DNA from: Lama glama
Lineage: Eukaryota
Reading direction: 5' to 3'
DNA length: 64,000 nt
NCBI GenBank assembly: GCA_028534125.1
Contig: CM052818.1
Span: 38,690,001 to 38,754,000 of the forward strand
Below are positions 52,065-64,000 of this stretch, piece by piece. Under the pieces are notes generated by a model, which worked only from the letters and a program-made list of their open reading frames with translations, ran no database searches and was not told the DNA's origin. The position numbers and the translations under genes are program-made. Each line of letters opens with the position of its first letter. Position 1 is the first letter of the stretch.

Positions 52065-54258
52065 GGATACTGGCTGCCAAGGAGCCTGCAGTGACTGCGA
52101 ACTGTGGCTGACCTGGCTTCCATACACATCATGTTCCCGTAGCTCCAGGTGGGACAGACAAATGAGAGCCCAGCTGAAGCTGAGAAGTGAGTTTCTTCAC
52201 CGTTGTCTTTGCTGCCACTGCAGCTGCTAACGAGAAACCTGCTCTTCAGCCTCAAGGGGGAGCTCTTCCTTTGGGATGGGGAAGGTAGCTCTTTCTTAGC
52301 CCTTCCGCTGGGAGTCCCCAGCAAGACAGTGAGAAACCCTACCTCTCTCAATACCAGAGATTGCTTTGTATAAATCCAGCCCCGTTTGAAATCTCTCAGG
52401 TCTTGTTAAGTCCAACAGAACAGTGGTAGCCCTTGCAGGAGTAAAAGAACTCCTGATATTAGAATGACCCAAAGGACAGGGAAGAAATCTGAATTTGAAG
52501 GTATACAATCAATGGTTAATTATAGCACTGCTCCAGCTGCCAAAAGATTTTTTATCATTTCTACCTCTCAGACTCTTAAATCATGCTGATGGTATCCAAG
52601 TGAAATGCCAGATCCCTGAATTAAACTGCTAACATTTGACAACATGATAAAATGTACTTTCTATGTGAACTCCAGACACCCACTATTGTGACTGTACTTT
52701 CAAAAACAGAGGAAGAAAGGCTAATCCTTAGCTAATGCCATATTGTCTAAGAGTTCTTGTTGATCCACATCGTTAATACTTGGTGTTGTTAGATTTCTTA
52801 ATTTTTGCCAGTCTGAGGGACATATTCCACATCTGTCAGAGAGACAGCAGCCCCATTTGACTTTGAGCCATTGGGAGCAGTCCTGAAGACTTTCTTTGGA
52901 CAGAAAGGCAAAGATGAAGTAGTAGCGTGCCTACTTTATATTGAATATGAGAATAGAGAGATGTGTTCGAGAGCCCTGGAGACGTTGAAAAGCTTTCAGG
53001 TTCTTTACTCATGCGTCCCAAGACTGAAGATAACTATAGTTACGATGCTTGTGCTACAGACTCTGCTTGCCCTGTGTCCTCAACGCTGTAGGGATCACTA
53101 ATGAATCAGGAATGCTGTATCCCTGTATTATGCTAGAAGAGGAAGAAGAAGATGACCAATATCAAAAATTCCCGAAATTCCAAAGCTGATCTCATTCCTT
53201 CTCTGTTCAAATGCACTGAGTTGGAGTCGCACTGAAGGTGGCATCCAGGGAGAATGATTCCACTGACTTTTCTTGTCCATTCAGGCTTCACAGAGATCCC
53301 AAAACCTTTGTGTGAATATTTGTATATAACCTTTGTATAGACCTGTTGTAATACAGGCAGCTGGCCCTGATTAGAGGATTCTGAATCATCCGTGACATTC
53401 TAGATCCCACAGTGATCTGCATCACAAGTGCCCAGGAATGCCCCATAAGGCCTTTATTAAGTATAGTCCATCCAGCATTCTCTGCTTTTTACTTGAGAAG
53501 ATGCCACGGTGGCAGAAACTCCTGTATTCAGGCTGAAACCCGACATTCGTTTGAAAAGCACATTGTGAGTGAGCATTTTGCAATGTGTTGTTACCTATCC
53601 AGCATTTTAAAAAATCATCTGAAAAGGCTATAGCTCCCTGCTCCCAAAGAATCTTTTATTCACCATCAAGGCTACAGGGAATAGTACATCTTACTTATGC
53701 AACAGAGGAGGAGATCTAGTAGAGGTCAAATTATTGTGACTAAAAAAGAAACAAAATATCTCAGATATTGTTGAGAGAAAAAGAAAGTCTGTAGGAAATG
53801 GCTGAGCACTTAGCTGACAGATATGACCAAGGGAAAACAAGAAGTTATCATGATTAGAAAGAAGAGTCTTCCACAGTTTTCACCCTCAAATCCCTGTTCT
53901 CTATTAGTGAGAGAGACATGAAGGTAGAATGGCAGGTGTTACCCAATCAACTTTAACATTTAGGCAGTGCCATCAAACAGGTTACTATGAAAAAGGACTG
54001 TCGACAGTGGAAGATGAAAAAAGAGACTGAGTCCACAAAAGCCTGCCTTTACTAGCAAGTCCTGCTCGGAAGAGTGCATTCAGTTCATCCAGAAAGAAGA
54101 ATGTAAATACATAAGGGAAATGGCAAATCAGTGATGCCTGAGATCAAAGGAGCAGACTCAAACTGAAGTTAAACACAGCCCAAGGCTTAGATCCACATTT
54201 TAGAACAGATAAGAGGTAGCATTATCTAATTTCTAAAGAAGCATTTTGAATGAAAAAC
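52065..54258 (+). pseudogene. NUP88: Processed (retro)pseudogene of nucleoporin NUP88
   Basis: Colinear intronless fragments matching the recalled NUP88 protein: [117 protein letters not shown]. Numerous frameshifts and stops, no intact start codon, 3' UTR-like tail to about 54255. Confidence 0.93.
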
Positions 54259-54261
54259 ATA

Positions 54262-55760
54262 ATGCCTTCATGATTTAAGGTTGGAAAAGAATTTCTTAAA
54301 CCAGGGACAAAGAACAATAACTGTAAAAGAAAAGACTGTTAAATTCAACTGCATCAAACTTAAGAACTTATCTCCATTAAGAATAAAATAAGAATAAAGG
54401 ATGAACAGGCAAGCCAAGGACTGCAGCATGACAAAGGGGTGGTATCCAGAATAAAAAACAACTACAAATCAAAAAAAAAAAAGGACAGGCAATCTAATAG
54501 AAAAATGTGCAAGAAACTTAGATAAGCACTTCAGAGGATATAGGAAATGTTCAAAAAATATATATAAAAGCTATTCAACCTTATTAGTCATCAAATTAAA
54601 GCCACAATGAAATACCAGTAAATGCCAGGCTAGTCAATTACAATTAGTTACAAAATTTGCCAGTACCAAAGGCGATGAGAATATATAACAATAGGAACGC
54701 TCGTGTCTGGTGGTAGGGGGGTAAATTGGTACAAGTACTTTGGAAAACTATTTGGAATTACCTGCTAAAGCTGAACATGTGCATAGCACATGACCCCATA
54801 TTTCTACTTCTGAGGTGATATAGTCAACAAAAATACGTGCACACATACACAAGAGACATGTATCAAAATGTTCACAGCAACATATTTTAGTAACAACCCA
54901 AATATCTATCAGTAAAATAGTGTTATATTCTTAGAGTGGAAAACTGTGTAGCAGGGATAGTGAGCTATTACTACATGTATCAACATGGATGGATTTTATA
55001 AACAACGTTGAGTGAAGGAAGTAAAATACAAAAACATATTGCATGATTACATTTATGTAAAGTTCATTAACAGACAAAAATTACCTATGGTATTAAGGGA
55101 TAGGTTAGCTCAGACTGCTATAACAAAATGCCATAGCCTGGATGGCTGGGAAAAAAAAACAGACATTTATTTTCTCACAGTTCTGGAGACTGGAAGTCCA
55201 AGACCAGCATAGTCAGTTTCCGTTGAAACTTCTTGCTGGCTTGTGGATGGCCACCTTCTCCCTGTGTGTTCACTAGACCTCTTCTGTATGCTCTTGGGAA
55301 GAAAGCAATCTCTCTGGTGTCTGTCCTTATAAGGGTACTAATCCTACCATTAGAGCCTCATTCTTATGACCTCATATAACCTTAATTACTTACATTCAGT
55401 CAACTTAGAAGTTAGGGCTTCATCCTATCAATTTGGGGGAGACACAGTTTGGTCTATAGCAGGATGATGTCTTAATGTAAAATAAAATAAGGAAGTAATT
55501 ATAGTATTAAGGAATGATAAATCTTTTTTTTTTACTTTTGTTTATTTATTTACATATTTTTAATTGATGTAAAAAAGTGTGAGGAAGTCAGGATAGAGGT
55601 TACCTAAGATGTGAGCAAAGGAAGGAGTCGTGTTAGAAGATGCCATGCTGGCAATGTTTTGTTTCTTGACCCATGTGAAAAACCATTTTATAAATTATTC
55701 ATTAAATTGAACATTTATGTTTTATATGCTTTTCTGTATTATATTATCCTTAACAATTTT
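54262..55760 (+). mobile_element. Old L1M ORF2 end and 3' UTR (right part)
   Basis: ccttcatgatttaaggttggaaaagaatttcttaaa...caaattaaagccacaatgaaatacca...gtaaattggtacaagtactttggaaaacta...tgcatgattacatttatgtaaagttca. Confidence 0.82.
55103..55461 (-). mobile_element. MLT1A-like solo LTR nested in L1
   Basis: gactgctataacaaaatgccatag...catttattttctcacagttctggagactggaagtccaagacca...ccttaattac...tttgggggagacacagtt. Confidence 0.8.
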
Positions 55761-56622
55761 AAAGGTTTTTTAAAAAGTAAAATCATGTGTCCATTCTCAT
55801 TTCCTGTTCTACAATCTGTTAACATTGATGAATCTGTTCCATCTATGTTACATTTATGTTACCCTAATATTAATGCTTAGCTCTTTTGACTTTTCTGATC
55901 CTCCACAGAAATTATGTTTATATATTAATTTTTAAAATATTAAATATGATAAATAATGGTAACTTTAAAATGTTTTAGAGATACTCTTTTCTTCTTGAGT
56001 ATTATTAAAATATATTCCCTGATATTCTGATGAATTGAGTTGAAATGATATTTTTGTCCTTAAGTATGTCCCTACATAGGTAGAAATTTCCAGCTTCCCT
56101 TGTTCCTGGCCTGCACTTTATTGAGATTGAATCAAAATGTTCAAAATGTATTTGGTCCTGTTAAAGATTTTCTTTGGCTGGTAAGATTAAGGAATAGAGT
56201 TTTTCAAAAGTGAGCTACCTCTAACTGTAATCAATAAAAGAAATTCTGACTGGAAGTAGAGTCTTTTATGTAGCTTTATTCTCTTTTGATATCATTAGTC
56301 AATCAAGTTGGTATAACCACTAAAATGGTACATTCATTCCTACTTTCAGCAATCCTTCGAAGGGATTGTGAATTGCTGTCACAATCAAGAAGTTACCCAG
56401 GAATCTGATTTCCTCCTCGCCTGGAAAATTAATCCCAGCAGCTCAAGAACATCCTTATATCCTACCCAGAGTGGTGGGCTCAGAAGCAGTAGATGGTTGT
56501 TCTTAGTCTGAATGGATCTTTAGCCATTTTACAAAACCCAGTCATTTGTCAATACTATATAGGAGAAACAAGCAATGAGTTATCCCTTAAGAAAACTCAT
56601 CACAATGTATTTTTTATTGTAG

Positions 56623-56857
56623 ATAATTCGCTCCATTCTGCTCTTTCCAACAATTGAGCGAATGTCTGAATCACCCAAAGGCAAGATCGCCACTCCAGTG
56701 TTGTGCTGGCTTCGATATGCTCTCTATGTTCCTGGCTACTTATTACTTAAACCGTTGCCTGAGAAAATTAAGTCCTTGATCATCAGAATGCTTCTTCAAA
56801 TGATGAACCTACAGAGTGAATTTTCGCTCCTAAATGTGTTGGAACCGTTCTGCCTTG
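56623..56857 (+). CDS. LDAH: LDAH exon 5 (235 nt), hydrophobic lipid-droplet-targeting region
   Basis: ttgtag acceptor; IIRSILLFPTIERMSESPKGKIATPVLCWLRYALYVPGYLLLKPLPEKIKSLIIRMLLQMMNLQSEFSLLNVLEPFCL; donor G|gtaagc. Continues the exon 4 frame; no stop codon, so the gene continues past the window. Confidence 0.96.
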
Positions 56858-57479
56858 GTAAGCACATTTTTAAAAGTTTATGTTTATTCTTGTATCAAAG
56901 TGTTCAAGAGAGTAGCCTCAGACAGTGGGTGAGTATCAAGCAAAGAATTATTTGTTGTATTTTTCTCCAAAAGTTTAAAACTAGAAATAAAATGAAAATA
57001 ATGAGGGTTATTCTAGCTGACAGATAGAAAAGCCTTATCAAGCTTTAATTTTAAACCTTATGCTTCTGATCTCCACTCTCACTGCAGGATGATGAGAAAG
57101 AATTCTTCTGTATCTAGTATATATGGAATCCTTACAGGAATCCAGAGTATGACCAGTTAAGCTCAGTGTGTGAACTTTGCAAAAACCAGCCCAGGGAAAC
57201 CAGGCCAAATATTCCCATGAAGTGAACAGGCTATGATTTTATTTTCCTGTTAACAGTTTAGGGAGGGGTTAAGTTATAAAAGTAATAAATAATAGTCATG
57301 GGAATTTAACACTGGATGCTTTACTGATTTACTGATTATATTTTCTGAACATGCCAGGGAATGTTCTTGCTACTTTACTTTTTGGCTTCAAATGTTGTTT
57401 TTAAGTGTAATTTATCTTTTTAGTTAATACTAATTTATACTGTATTTATAAATGATTTTAATAATAAAGTAATGCTACT

Positions 57480-57790
57480 TTCTTAATCTATAAAATGGGG
57501 ATAATAATATCTCATACCCATACCTCAAAAGATTATTATGTGACTAAATATGATAATATATGCAAAGTGTCTATCTAGTATTTTATTTATAATAAGCCTC
57601 CAATGAATGACGTATCAGCAGTTGCAGCAGCAGCTACTAGCACTGTTCTAAGCTTTTACCTGTAGTCCTCAGAACTAATGAGGTTTAGGTATTGTTACTG
57701 TCCCCATTTTACAGATGAAGATGCTGAGGTTCAGAGAAGTTACATGATTTGCCCAAAGGCACACAGCTGCTGGGTAGTGTTTGGTCTCTC
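57480..57790. mobile_element. Two MIR fragments in opposite orientation
   Basis: ctataaaatggggataataata (sense core), then ccccattttacagatgaagatgctgaggttcagagaagtt (antisense core). Confidence 0.7.
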
Positions 57791-58639
57791 CCAGTCTGCC
57801 ACTATGTTAAGCTTCATTTTACCACAGTTGCTGCTATTGTCTCTTTGCTCCAGTCAGTCATAAAGGCAGGACTCCCGAGTGAAGTTTACTGTTCTCACCA
57901 GCATTGAGTGCCCCAAAATCATGTGCATAGTGAATCCAGAAACAAATCACAGCCTCACCTTTACAGCTGTATGGTTACAGATTGTATGGGAGGTGTTTTT
58001 CCAAATACATAGCAAGAAGCCGTCATCACAAATACAAAGTTCAGTGTATTTTCTGTATTTGTGGGTTTTTCCCCTCTATGTTCTCCCCAACTCCCATTCT
58101 TTATTATAGCCTTAGCATAGCAGAGGAAGGCAGTAAGATAGGGAGAAGAGGAAGCACGGCCTAGGACAGTCATAAAAATCACCAAAGATTGAAGTTGGAG
58201 ATGTCCCTTGAAGACCTTCTGATCCAGCCCCTTAACCTCCCCTCATATTATGGAAGAGAAAGAAATGACCTAGTAAGTGAAAATGGCACTGATTGGATGT
58301 CAGAAACCCAGAACTCTCATTTTGTTTTTGCCTCAGACCCCTCTGTGGCCTCAATTCAGTTCCTTCCCCTCTCTAGTTCTTAGTCATTGATCAAATCAAG
58401 AGTTAGCCTAGGTAATCTCTAAGGGCCACTACACCTTTGGAAATTATTTGAGATCAAATGGAAATCACTTGAAATTCTGGCAAATATACATAAAATTATT
58501 CCATGTATACTTCAGTAAGTCATTTTTTTTCCCCTTTACAGTTTTTTTTCCTTCTTTAGTATTTTTTCTTTTTACCCTATATAAAAGACTTTTAAAAAAG
58601 CATCCTCTAGTTAAGGAATCCATTTTCCTCCAAGAACTT

Positions 58640-61196
58640 CTGCTTCCAGGAAGATGGAATAGATGGACTTTCTCCTGTTTCTCATACTAAATACTAAAAA
58701 CCCTGCATATCATATATAAACCAAACATAAGAAGACTCTGAAAGGTGGAGAAAAAAGCAGACTATGTAGGGACTTTGGAGCCCAAGGAACAACACAGTGG
58801 TGAGTTCCCTGGGTTTTCTTTTTACCGCATATATCCTAGACTTGGAGCCAGTGACCCAGAAACACCAATGGGTATGGATTAAAAAATGCTCTGGAAAAAG
58901 TCTTCACTCTGTAGCCAGAGGACCAGGAAAATGGCCACCTTTCTAAAAGAAACTTTTAGATAATAACTGCCCTAATCTAGCCATGCCATAGTAAAAACTG
59001 TGGCCTTATTGCTACCCATGCCAACAAAGGCCAAGTGGGAGGCCTGGACTTTACCCTACACACAGCAGTAATGAAAGCACCCCTCTCCTTCCCCACTAGA
59101 GTGATGTCCCAAAGAGGCTGAGGAGAGAGACAGGACTTTCGCCATTGCCCGGCAGTAATGAAGCCACTACCACCACCTCCTCAGTGGAAGTCATATGGGG
59201 GAAAATAACAAAGCAGTTCTATTCCTCCCAGCCAGACGGTAACAGTGGAGGCTTAGTGAGGAGTCAGAGTTCCTATCCCTGCCCAGCAATAATGAGGAGC
59301 CTCTCCACCCCTTGGGTGTCGACAGAAACCAAGTGGAGAACCTGGATTTCTACCCTACCTGGTAGTAGTGAGATGGCAATTCTCCCTCCCTTCTCCCCCT
59401 GCTGGAGAAGTATCAGAAAAAAACAAAAAAATCCAGCTAAAATAGAGGTTTAAAAAAGACCCAGTATTATAACATAATACCCTAAATGTCCAAGTTTTAG
59501 TTAAAAATGACTTGTCATACCAAAACCCAGAAAATCTCAACTTGAATGGAAAAATACAATAAATGCCAACACCAAAATGACAGAGATATTAGAATTTTCT
59601 GACAAGGATTTTTAAAGCAGTCATTATAAAAATGCTTAAATGAGCAATTAATAAACATGTTTGAAACTAATGAAAAAAATAGAAAATCTCAGGAAAGAGA
59701 AAATTTAAAGAAAAACTAAACAAATTTTAGAACTGAAAAAAATAGTAACTGAAATAAAAAAACTCAATGTTTGAGCTGAACAGTAAAGTGGAAGAGACAG
59801 AGGAAAGAATCAGAGAACATGAAGATTAGACCAATAAATATGGAAACTTCCCAAATTTGGCAAAAGATGTAAACTTACAGATTCAGGAAGCTGGATGAAC
59901 TCCAAATAGGTAAACCCAAAGAAATCCACACTAAAACACATCATAATCAAACTTTTGAAAACTGAAACAAAGAAAAAATGATGCATATTTTTAGAGGAAA
60001 ATCTATTTGAATGACAGCTGTTTTCTCACTGGAATCTATAGAGACCAAAAGAAATTACATATTTCAAATGCAAATAGAAAAGAACTATCAATGCAGAATT
60101 CTATATCCAGCAAAAATATACTTCAGGAAAGAAGAGTAAAGTAAGACATTCTTCAATGAAGGAAAACCAAAGGAATTTGAAACCATCAGACCTATCCTAA
60201 AAGATTAACTATAGGAAGTTCTCTAAACTGAAAAGAAATGATAAAAGAAGGAATCTTGAAACATTAAGAAAAGAAAGAACAGAAAGGAAAAAATGTGGGT
60301 AATGACATTTTCCTTCTCCTCTTGAGATTTCTAAATTATGTTTAACAGTTGAAGCAAAAATTGTAACATTGATATGAATCTAAATATATACAGAAGAAGT
60401 ATTTAAGACAATTATATTTTAAATGGGTGAGGACAAAGGAACATAAGAGAAGTGAAGTTTCTATACTTTACTTGAACTCGTAAGGTGTCAATACCAATAA
60501 ACTGTATTAAGTTACATATATAGCGTAATACTAGAATAATCACTTTAAAATCTATACAAAGAGACATACTCAAAAAACATTCTAGGTAAATCAAAATGGA
60601 ATAGTAATAAATAGGAAGGCCAGAGAAAGAACACAGAAAAATGGGGGGGGGGGGGACAGACAACCAACAGAAAACAAATAATAAAATAGCGTACAAGCTC
60701 TGATATACCAATAATTACATTAAATGTAAATGGTCAAAATACACCAATTAAAAAATAAAAATTGACAAAACGGATTAAAAAACATAACCTCAGTATATGC
60801 TATCTTCAGGAAACTTGGTTCAGATATAATCATACAGGTAGATTGACAGTAAAAGAATATGAAAAGGTAGATCATGTAACTATTAATCAAAAGGAACCAG
60901 AAGTGACTGTATTAATATCAGATAAAGTCAACTTCAGAGCAAAGAAAATTACGAGGAACAGAGAGGGACATCGTGTATGCACCAAACAGAAGAGCTACAA
61001 AATACACGAAGCAAAAACTGATAGAACTGAAAGGAGTAATGGACAGATCCACAGTTACAGTTGGATCCTTAAACACCCCTCTCTCAACAATCAGTAGAAC
61101 AACAGGACAGAAAATTAGCAAGGTTGTAGATGAATTCAACAACAATTATCAACCAACAGGATTAGTAGACGTTTATAGGACACTTCACCCAAAATA
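58640..61196 (+). mobile_element. Old L1M 5' portion: 5' UTR, decayed ORF1, ORF2 endonuclease start
   Basis: cttccaggaagatggaataga 5' end; ORF1 relics (aacttacagattcaggaagct, agaattctatatccagcaaaaata); ORF2 endonuclease IITLNVNGQNTPIK at about 60711, ICYLQET, YAPNRRATKY, LNTPLSTISR. Confidence 0.9.
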
Positions 61197-64000
61197 CTGG
61201 TTTCTGATAGGCATTAGACAGGCAACTAACTGTGCTTTCCCTATACCTCTTTAGAAATATTTTTCTAAACCCAAATCAGGACATGGGATGTAAGACAGTT
61301 TTATTTGTTTTATATGTATATTTAGTGACTATACAACACATCACATATGGCATATAATCATGTTTGATGTTTAATTAAAATAACTATATAAAGGTTTGTG
61401 TCCCAATTTTTCTACATCAGAATTATAAACACCCTCTTAGAGAAGTACGCTCCATAAGCTGCACTTTGAAAGAAAAGAATCTTCCTTTCAACTGCAGTGA
61501 TTGACCTCCTACTGACTCTTCCAGGAATCCCAAGTGCAAGCATCAAGGAGCAAGTCAATTTGGACACAGGACACATTCACCTCCCTGACTCAAGGCAACC
61601 AGAGCCTTCCAGCTGCACTGTTGCATGGGGAACCCTGGGATTTCTTTCCCAGCCATAGTAGAGTTACACTATTTGCAAAATAGACTTTGTAAACCAGACT
61701 GAACACTTGGCCAGTTGCTTTATCCCTGTTCTAAACAATTAACTTGTAAACAAACTTTTGGAGCACAGTCCTTATATTTCTGACATCCATTCATTCTCTG
61801 ATTTTGTATTCTCTTCATTCTGCATCTGGCTTTCTGATAGCCAAGTAACCAGTACTTCAGTGGTCTCTTTTTTCGCCATTACCCACCCAGTCTGTTTAAC
61901 CTTGAGTAAAGATTTAACCTTGAGTAAAGAGAAAGGAAGCAAGAGTTACCTGTCTTCTTTCTGCTTTGTGTTCTTGGTTTATTCTCTACTTGGATACTTA
62001 GTTCAGTCTCCTAGTAGAGACCCTAGGCTAATCCTTAACCCAGCACCTCAGTCATCCTAGCAGCCTCTTTCTACCTCTCCCCTTAGGATCCCGTGTCACC
62101 TTTGCCTCCTCTGGCAGCAGTTACCACAGAAGCTGCCTTTACCCAGTCTTGCCCTGGCCATCCCTCTAGTGATCCCTATTACCTTCCTTACTACAAATGG
62201 AAGAAGGTCACAGCTGAGAGAGACTGATGTTCATAAGACCCTGGCCCTTGCAGATGGTTAGTGGACTCCTGAGTTTATATCCCGTGAATGATAAAGGGTA
62301 ATCAATATTCAAACCAACCACTTGAGTTGGTGGCATGATTTTCATGTTATACAAAGAGAGGGGTCATCAAGGGAAAGGACTGCCAGGTCTGAGAGCAGTC
62401 TCAGTGGTCGTATCTGTGCCATCCAGACCTTCCCCCTCCAGACCTGCTTCTTTGTGGCTCGACTGTCATCCAGACAATGACCTTTAACGTGCCAGCTTGA
62501 CTTCTAGGAGGTCTTGCGGTGTTTGCACATTAGGTAATGTCTGTGCTTCAGCAGAAATCTTATGGAAACAAATGGAGGAAGTTTGCCGGTCCAAGTAATG
62601 GATAATAAATCCTGACCTATCTGGATAGAAACTGATTTTCTATATCCTTTAGTTTATACACATATTTTTGTTGTTGTTTTAGTAAGGTCTGAAAAATTCA
62701 AGGAACCAAAATATTCAAGTATTTCAAATGCTGTTGTTCTTTTGGCAAAAATGGCACTTCTTATAGGCTGGGATTCTATGTATTGGCTGGCCTTCTTCCC
62801 CAGACTGAGTGAGGAAAACATCCTTTCCTATTCAGCATTCAGGGTGGAGGAGCCTTAATTCAATTAGCATATTTTATAAACTTTACCACAGTATTCATCT
62901 GTTCGACTTTATGTACTTAGATTGTTTAAAATGTTATTTTTCAAGAAAATATATGGGGGTTTTTTTCGTTTAATTTTAATTCTGGAGTGTTTGCTTCTAC
63001 ATACTTTCTTTAGAATAGATGTTTTTCTATTTTGTGAGAAATAGACTTTTCACTGAGACAGCTAAATTGGATTTTCTGATCAAAGCTAAAAGCAAATATA
63101 TTTTAACTTAGCAGTATTATAGGTCAAGATAATTAACGTTAAAAAATATTCTAGGGTCTTTTTGTTAGTTAAGCCAAATTGATGTTTTAGTTCCTTTCAG
63201 TTACCTACTAGAAAAACATAGTGCAGACAAAGGGCATTCCTGGTAGAGTACGTTACTTTTACGTATATTCTTGTAAAAGAAACTTTCATAATCTTTCCTT
63301 TCCTTAATCAATAAGGAAATAACTTTGTAAAACTTGTACAGTGATATGAAATGAACTTTTCAATGAATTGACACATAGCTCCACTAAAGAATCACAAATT
63401 TCTTCTCAGAATATTTTTTACTTAATCCCAGAATAATATTTCAAACAAGACAAAACCAGACTCCCACGTTACCTACTCTCTCATTTTTGTGTGGAGTTTA
63501 GGAAAATCCATTTATAAAAGCCAACTGTAGCTTTAATTATTCATGGAAGTTTAGCCTATAATTCAGCAATGAAGGAAAAGATTTTTTTGTGTGTAATCAG
63601 TATTAGAATTTAGAGCAAAAAGTGATTAAATATAGTACTAGAATATCATCCCTGGTTTAGAATTAAATGACTCAATGAAAGTTTTATTATTTTTCTATAG
63701 AAATTTATATATATGTATATAGTATGTATTTAAACTACCTGCCACTCTAAAAAGTTGTATTATTTTTTAAAAAGTCATACACCTTGAGTTGTGTGTTTCA
63801 CTTTAGTGAACTCAGTGTCACATAGATAAGATTATCTGTTCGCAGATTAAATCAATGGCTATAATAACAAAAGTCTTGACTTACAGAGAAACAATAAATT
63901 GTGTAAATAGTAAACATTTCTCTAAATTATGCTAAAATTTTAGAATGGGAGAATTACTTTTTTAGATACGGTTTTCACATTGTTCAAAACCACAATTGAC

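Noticed and set aside
51869..52351. 160-aa minus-strand ORF
   Set aside because: Chance antisense read-through across the L1/NUP88-pseudogene junction; no recognisable protein.
60762..61254. Endonuclease-like ORFs as an active element
   Set aside because: Frameshifted, internally deleted and truncated L1 ORF2; non-functional.
1..64000. CRISPR arrays, operons or prokaryotic defence systems
   Set aside because: The sequence is mammalian intron-rich DNA with no repeat-spacer arrays or gene-dense architecture.

Overview
Mammalian genomic DNA, AT-rich and repeat-dense, with one 500-N assembly gap. It is probably camelid, judged from tRNA-derived Vic-1-like SINEs and a young L1 family. The window holds the 5' part of LDAH (C2orf43, lipid droplet-associated hydrolase) on the + strand: a CpG-island promoter at about 3.9-4.4 kb, a non-coding exon 1 ending at 4054, and coding exons 13248-13403, 20969-21112, 30923-31092 and 56623-56857. 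These splice by GT-AG rules into an uninterrupted frame of about 234 codons containing the GHSIG nucleophile motif; the remaining exons lie beyond the window. The introns are mostly transposon relics (L1, L2, MIR, MER5A, MER20, MLT1/MLT2, Tigger). The most notable unannotated item is a near full-length, heavily decayed, intronless NUP88 retrocopy (about 52065-54258) nested inside an old L1 in LDAH intron 4, carrying an 85-bp L1-like insert and a roughly 46-codon deletion. I found no convincing previously undescribed biological system. Gene and repeat family names come from recalled sequences, not database searches.
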